The notes under the pieces are model-generated. The model did not search any database. It saw nothing but the letters and a program-made list of their open reading frames with translations, and was not told where the DNA came from. A stretch of DNA of 64,000 bases from Xanthobacteraceae bacterium (GTDB lineage Bacteria; Pseudomonadota; Alphaproteobacteria; Rhizobiales; Xanthobacteraceae): NCBI GenBank assembly GCA_035293985.1, contig DATGLS010000054.1:50245-114244 (forward strand), given 5' to 3'. Both the position numbers and the translations under genes were made by a program. Below, piece by piece: positions 59,862 to 64,000 of this stretch. Positions within the stretch are counted from its first letter, which is position 1, and the number at the start of each line of letters is the position of its first letter.

Positions 59862-59938
59862 CCGAACGCTTGTTCTGAGCAAGCCCCACCCCCGACCCTC
59901 CCCGCCATTCGCTTCGCGAATGGGGGACGGAGCGCACG
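59862..59938. repeat. Family D copy D5
   Basis: ccgaacgcttgttctgagcaagccccacccccgaccctccccgccattcgcttcgcgaatgggggacggagcgcacgc. Confidence 0.7.
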
Positions 59939-60054
59939 CGCCGGTGCAGACTTTCTTTCGCACGGCGCCGTTCGAGGTCGACGGCGTGCGGCTCGACGAA
60001 GGGCGCAAGGTGCTGCTGTTTCTCGGCGCCGCCAATCGCGATGCGCCGCGGCGG
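59938..60054 (+). pseudogene. Cytochrome P450 gene fragment (about 39 codons)
   Basis: APVQTFFRTAPFEVDGVRLDEGRKVLLFLGAANRDAPRR matches the P450 region between the K helix and the haem loop (PVQxFxRT...G..V....ANRD); no haem-Cys loop follows. Confidence 0.45.
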
Positions 60055-60123
60055 CGGAGTAATACGTTGTGCGCGCTTGCGAGCTTGCGGATGAGAGCGG
60101 TGCAATACGGAATGGTGCAATGA

Positions 60124-60209
60124 GCCGCTCGTTCTGAGCAAGCGGCGCCCCCCATCCCCGACCCCTCCCCGCCACGCGCTTCGCGCGCGGGGGGAGGGGA
60201 GCGCAGGCA
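60124..60209. repeat. Family D copy D6
   Basis: gccgctcgttctgagcaagcggcgccccccatccccgacccctccccgccacgcgcttcgcgcgcggggggaggggagcgcaggc. Confidence 0.75.
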
Positions 60210-60282
60210 GCATCTCATTCTGCGCGCGTGGGTCGAGAGTCCGACGGAGAAACGAACGGGTGCATTCGCCCGTTACACGGGC

Positions 60283-60912
60283 GTGAGCGCCGACAACAAA
60301 ATTGTCGTAATTGGTACATCCGCCGGCGGCGTGTCGGCGCTGCAACGATTGATCGCGCGCATGCACGCCGATTGGCGTGTGTCGGTTTTCATAACCATTC
60401 ACATCGGCCGCCACCGAAGCCTGATGCCGTCGATCCTGAACTGGCACTCGTCTTTGCCGGCGCGATTCGCGCAGCACCGGATGGCGTTCGATCGAGGCAT
60501 TCTGGTCGCGCCGCCGGACCGCCACCTCATCATTGGTAAGAATGCGACGTTCCTGAGCGCCGGTCCGAAAGAGAACCATGCGCGGCCCGCGATCGATCCG
60601 ATGTTTCGTTCGGCGGCGCGGCATCACGGCCCAAACGTCATCGGCGTCCTGCTGACCGGATACCTCTACGACGGCGTGAACGGCCTCTACGACATCCAGA
60701 GATCGGGCGGCACGACCATCGTGCAGGACCCGACGGACGCCGAGGTCCCGCAGATTCCGCTGAACGCGCTGCGTCGCCTGAAGCCCACCCACGTCCTGCC
60801 GCTCGCCGATATCCCGAAGGCGATCGCGCAGGAGATCGAACGCTCTGCGAGCAAGGAAACCGAACGCCTCCCCAGCGAAGGAGAAAAGACCCCGGGAGCC
60901 ATCCATGAGTGA
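60283..60912 (+). CDS. CheB-type methylesterase domain protein (no receiver domain)
   Basis: 209 aa; IVVIGTSAGGVSAL (Ser), ITIHIGRHRS (His region), LTGYLYDGVNGLYDIQRSGGTTIVQDP (Asp). Confidence 0.8.
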   Translation: MSADNKIVVIGTSAGGVSALQRLIARMHADWRVSVFITIHIGRHRSLMPSILNWHSSLPARFAQHRMAFDRGILVAPPDRHLIIGKNATFLSAGPKENHARPAIDPMFRSAARHHGPNVIGVLLTGYLYDGVNGLYDIQRSGGTTIVQDPTDAEVPQIPLNALRRLKPTHVLPLADIPKAIAQEIERSASKETERLPSEGEKTPGAIHE

Positions 60913-61249
60913 AGAATATGTGCTCGACCGGCCGACCTCATTGACGTGTCCCGAATGCGGCGGCGCGCTGGCCAAGATCGAAGACGATCTGATCCCGAAG
61001 TACGTGTGTCATATCGGCCATGTGCTCACCAGCGAGGCGATGCTCGATGCCCAGGCCGAACGCATCGAAACCACGCTGACCAGCGCGCTCGCCATTCTCA
61101 ACGAGCGGCGCGAGCTTTGCCGACAGCTGCTTCAGGATGCCGTGAACGAGCCCGGCCGGCTCGAGGGGATCCTGGCGGAGACGACCGCGACGGCCGAAGA
61201 CCTGCGCAAGCTCCTCAACAGACAGGAACGTTTCCCGACGCCGACGTAG
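60905..61249 (+). CDS. Zn-ribbon plus coiled-coil protein, probably the detached C-terminal module of the CheB-like protein
   Basis: 114 aa; TCPECGGAL...YVCHIGH four-ligand motif; overlaps the upstream ORF by 8 nt in another frame. Confidence 0.6.
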   Translation: MSEEYVLDRPTSLTCPECGGALAKIEDDLIPKYVCHIGHVLTSEAMLDAQAERIETTLTSALAILNERRELCRQLLQDAVNEPGRLEGILAETTATAEDLRKLLNRQERFPTPT

Positions 61250-61288
61250 ACGCGGAACGCGACGGCTCGATCACAGAAGCGGAGATCG

Positions 61289-61984
61289 ATGGCGCCTTCG
61301 AACCGAATATTGGCCGCGCTGCCGCGCCAGGAGCTGGAAGCGATCAGCCCCGACCTCGAGCCGGTGCAGCTTGCGTTCAAGCAGGTGCTGCATGCACCGT
61401 TCGAGCCGATCGAGCACGTGCTCTTTCTCACCCGCGGCGTCGCCTCGCTGGTGAACGAGCCGGAAACCGGAGAGATCGTCGAGCTTGCCACCATCGGGTC
61501 GGAAGGAATCGTCGGCTTCCCGGTGGTGCTCGGGACGCGGTCCGTGCCGAGCCGGGCGATCATGCAGATCCCGGGCGCGGCCCTGCGCATGACCGCGTCC
61601 GACCTCGAACGCGCGCTCGCCCGCACGCCGACGCTGCACAAGCTGATGCTGCGCTACACCATGGCGTTGCTCAACCAGATCGCCCAGGGCACCTCGTGCA
61701 ATCGGCTGCACGAGGTGCAGGAGCGATGTGCGCGCTGGCTGCTGCAGACGCACGATCGGGTGGAGGGCGACAGCTTTCCGATCACGCACGAATTCCTGTC
61801 GCAGATGCTCGGCGTGCATCGGCCGACCGTGAGCGTGGCGGCCGCGGCGCTGCAGAGGGCCGGGCTCATCGATTACACGCGCGGGCAGATCACGGTCGTC
61901 GATCGCAAAGGCCTCGAGGCGGCCGCCTGCGCCTGCTACCGGATCATCAAGGAGGAATACGATCGCCTGCTGGGCGCCGGGTAG
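61289..61984 (+). CDS. Crp/Fnr-family transcriptional regulator
   Basis: 231 aa; cNMP-binding-like N-terminal domain, C-terminal HTH THEFLSQMLGVHRPTVSVAAAALQRAGLI. Confidence 0.85.
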   Translation: MAPSNRILAALPRQELEAISPDLEPVQLAFKQVLHAPFEPIEHVLFLTRGVASLVNEPETGEIVELATIGSEGIVGFPVVLGTRSVPSRAIMQIPGAALRMTASDLERALARTPTLHKLMLRYTMALLNQIAQGTSCNRLHEVQERCARWLLQTHDRVEGDSFPITHEFLSQMLGVHRPTVSVAAAALQRAGLIDYTRGQITVVDRKGLEAAACACYRIIKEEYDRLLGAG

Positions 61985-62086
61985 CGCTGCGATGGCGCGG
62001 GGAGCGCCGCCGGAATGGCGGAGCCGGCAACGCCATCCGGCTTGCAATCTCGGGGCCTACGACCGGTTTCCGTGCTATTGTGCGGA

Positions 62087-62284
62087 ATGACCGAGAGCTC
62101 CCGCGAGATCGCCGCAAGGCATGTGCGAGAAGGTCGTCGCGTCGTCGAGCGGCAGCGCCGGCTCATCCGGCGCCAGCAGGAGCATGGCCACGATACGACT
62201 CTGTCCAAGTCATTGTTGATGGCCTTCGAACGTACGCTCGACATCTTCGAAGCAGATTTGGCCGCGCTCGCCGAGAAAGCGTAG
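62087..62284 (+). CDS. Small helical protein (65 aa)
   Basis: ORF 62015..62284, start moved to MTESSREIAARHVREGRRVVERQRRLI...GHDT...; pattern recalled from small proteins often adjacent to Crp-type regulators in related bacteria. Confidence 0.5.
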   Translation: MTESSREIAARHVREGRRVVERQRRLIRRQQEHGHDTTLSKSLLMAFERTLDIFEADLAALAEKA

Positions 62285-62330
62285 GTCTGCCCGTCGGGTC
62301 GTGCGTGTGGTGGCGGATTGGAGCGCACTC

Positions 62331-62470
62331 GCCTGGCCGCAGCAAGCGCCGCCCCCCACCCCCGGCCCCTCCCCGCCACGCGCTTCGCGCGTGGGGGGAG
62401 GGGAGCGCAGGCAGCGTGCGCGGGGGGAGCGGGAGCGCAGGCAGCGTGCGGGGGAGGGGAGCGCTGGCAG
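62331..62470. repeat. Family D copy D7 with a triplicated 3' module
   Basis: A standard D core, then three tandem units of about 29 nt: ggggggaggggagcgcaggcagcgtgc / gcggggggagcgggagcgcaggcagcgtgc / gggggaggggagcgctggcagg. Confidence 0.75.
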
Positions 62471-62472
62471 GA

Positions 62473-64000
62473 TCACGCGGCGGCGGTGCCGGCTTTCGGC
62501 GTGGGCGCGGCATCGGCTTGCGGCGCCGTGCCGGATGCGGCGGCGATGCAGGCGTCGAGCGCTTCGCGCAGGGAGAATACGTGGCGGTCGGCGGACGCAA
62601 GGGCCGGCAGGCGCTCGCGATCGGGCGTATCCTCGTGGCCCCACAGGCCGACCACGACGGTCGCGGCGGGAATTCGCTTGCGGATGCGCTGGACCGAGAG
62701 GCGCAGATGCGCCGGGCTGGCGCCGAGATCGAGATAGGACAAGCAGACGATCTTCACGCCGGCCGTGTCGAGCCGCACGATGTTCGACGACGACACGGCC
62801 GCGTCGGTTTCGCAGCGGGATCCGAGGCCGTGCTTTGCGAGCAGCGCCGCGAGCATCATGGCGGCGGCGCCATCGAAGGGCCCGCGCCCGGCGACGCACA
62901 GGATCGGCGTCCCCGACCATTCGGGCGGCAGATCCTGCAGCAGCGGCAGATCGGGGAAAGAGGCGGCAGCGCCGTCCGGGTCGCCCGCCGGCTCATCCGC
63001 CTGCGCGGCGCCCTCCTTCTCGCGTCGCGGCGCCGGCGTCACGTCGTCATAGTCGGCGGTGCTCGCGATCAGCTCGCGGATGCCCTCGTTGATGTGCTCG
63101 ATGTGATCGCCGTCGAGCAACCCGCGCCGCAGGTCGATCTGGGCGAGGATCAGCGCCTTGAGCGCCACCTGGTCGTAGACATAGGAGAGCGAGCGGCGCC
63201 GCAGCGTCTGCTCGGCCTGGTCGACGGCCTCGTCGACATCGCCGGCGAGCGTGCGCTGATAGAAGCTTTGCGCCGGCGTGAGCGGCGGCTCGTCGCCGAT
63301 CATGATGTCGAGGAATTCCAAGCCGGGGACATGCCGGCCGATCACGCCCAGGCAGACGGTCAGCGGGGTCGAGAGCAAGAGGCCGATCGGCCCCCACAGC
63401 CAGGTCCAGAACGTCGCCGCAATGATGATGGCGACGGGCGTCAATCCGGTGCTGTGGCCGTAGACGAGCGGCTCCAGCACCTGGCCGACGAGCGGCTCGA
63501 GCACCAGAAACACGGCGGCGGTCATCAGCGCCATGCTCCAGCCGGGATCGACCGCGATCGCCAGCGTGATGGGAAGCGCGGCGGCGATGAAGGCGCCGAG
63601 GTAGGGCACGAACCGCAGCAGCATCGCCAGGATGCCGAACAGCGCCGGGTTGGGCACGCCGATGAAGGCGAGCGCGATGCCGACGATGGTGCCGAACACG
63701 ACGTTGAGCAGGGTCTGGGCGAGGAAATAGCGGCTGAGCCGGTAGGCGCCGTCATTGATGGCGTCGGTGGTGCGCTGCAGGTCGTGCGAGCCGGCGAGGC
63801 GAATGAGGCGCGACCTCAGATCCTGGCGCTGCAGCAGGAAGAAGATCACGAAGATGAGGACGAGGCCCGCCGTCGTCAGCGGCTCGACCAGCGGCTCGAG
63901 CACCTGGCGGAGGACCTGCACCGGCGTCGGCTCGGGCTGGCGGATCTCCACCGGCACCGGCTTTTGCGGCTCTTCCTTGGGCTGCGGCGGCGCGGCCTGC
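62473..64000 (-). CDS. AI-2E (PerM) family transporter with a long cytoplasmic C-terminal extension; 5' end outside the window
   Basis: ORF 62473..63957, but the frame stays open to base 64000; FVPYLGAFIAAALP...LEPLVYGHSTGLTPVAIII core. Confidence 0.8.
   Translation of the reverse strand, partial: QAAPPQPKEEPQKPVPVEIRQPEPTPVQVLRQVLEPLVEPLTTAGLVLIFVIFFLLQRQDLRSRLIRLAGSHDLQRTTDAINDGAYRLSRYFLAQTLLNVVFGTIVGIALAFIGVPNPALFGILAMLLRFVPYLGAFIAAALPITLAIAVDPGWSMALMTAAVFLVLEPLVGQVLEPLVYGHSTGLTPVAIIIAATFWTWLWGPIGLLLSTPLTVCLGVIGRHVPGLEFLDIMIGDEPPLTPAQSFYQRTLAGDVDEAVDQAEQTLRRRSLSYVYDQVALKALILAQIDLRRGLLDGDHIEHINEGIRELIASTADYDDVTPAPRREKEGAAQADEPAGDPDGAAASFPDLPLLQDLPPEWSGTPILCVAGRGPFDGAAAMMLAALLAKHGLGSRCETDAAVSSSNIVRLDTAGVKIVCLSYLDLGASPAHLRLSVQRIRKRIPAATVVVGLWGHEDTPDRERLPALASADRHVFSLREALDACIAAASGTAPQADAAPTPKAGTAAA

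Overview
High-G+C chromosomal segment with gene content typical of an alphaproteobacterium; assignment to Nitrobacteraceae/Bradyrhizobiaceae is an inference from gene content and repeat families, not a search result. Most of it is core metabolism. This includes a partial livH, an hpaB/hpaC-type aromatic hydroxylase pair with an AraC regulator, and a PcaB-like gene followed by a pcaC remnant. A form II coxGSLM-type molybdoenzyme cluster has its accessory genes (MoxR/VWA, two XdhC, a MoCF/MocA fusion) about 2.5 kb downstream. Also present are a TetR-HlyD-ABC-ABC2 efflux operon, groESL with a CIRCE operator, an IorB/IorA-type molybdoenzyme next to a 2x CxxCH protein, feruloyl-CoA synthase with a binding protein, an S8 protease and gpt. 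Items that deserve a second look: (1) the four-gene ATP-grasp / alpha-E / transglutaminase / Anbu proteasome-like operon, with a repeat element in every spacer; (2) an orphan tRNA-Ile(GAU)-like gene directly preceded by a 62-nt tRNA-like minihelix that carries a GAAA tetraloop in place of the anticodon arm; (3) a visibly lower-G+C, integrase-less decayed island 3' of tRNA-Leu(UAA), containing a VbhA-like/Fic pair, a multiply frameshifted PIN gene, unannotated small hydrophobic ORFs and a P450 fragment; (4) three toxin-antitoxin-like pairs, two of them apparently attenuated: DUF5615 is frameshifted in a C5 run, and the zeta-like kinase has Walker-A Lys replaced by Arg; (5) at least eight REP/MITE-like repeat families occupying nearly every intergenic region, one of them built from GCGAATA heptamers; (6) a 19/20-nt tandem array. 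No rRNA, CRISPR array, transposase or integrase was seen. All calls come from reading the sequence and recalling protein families; no database search was run.
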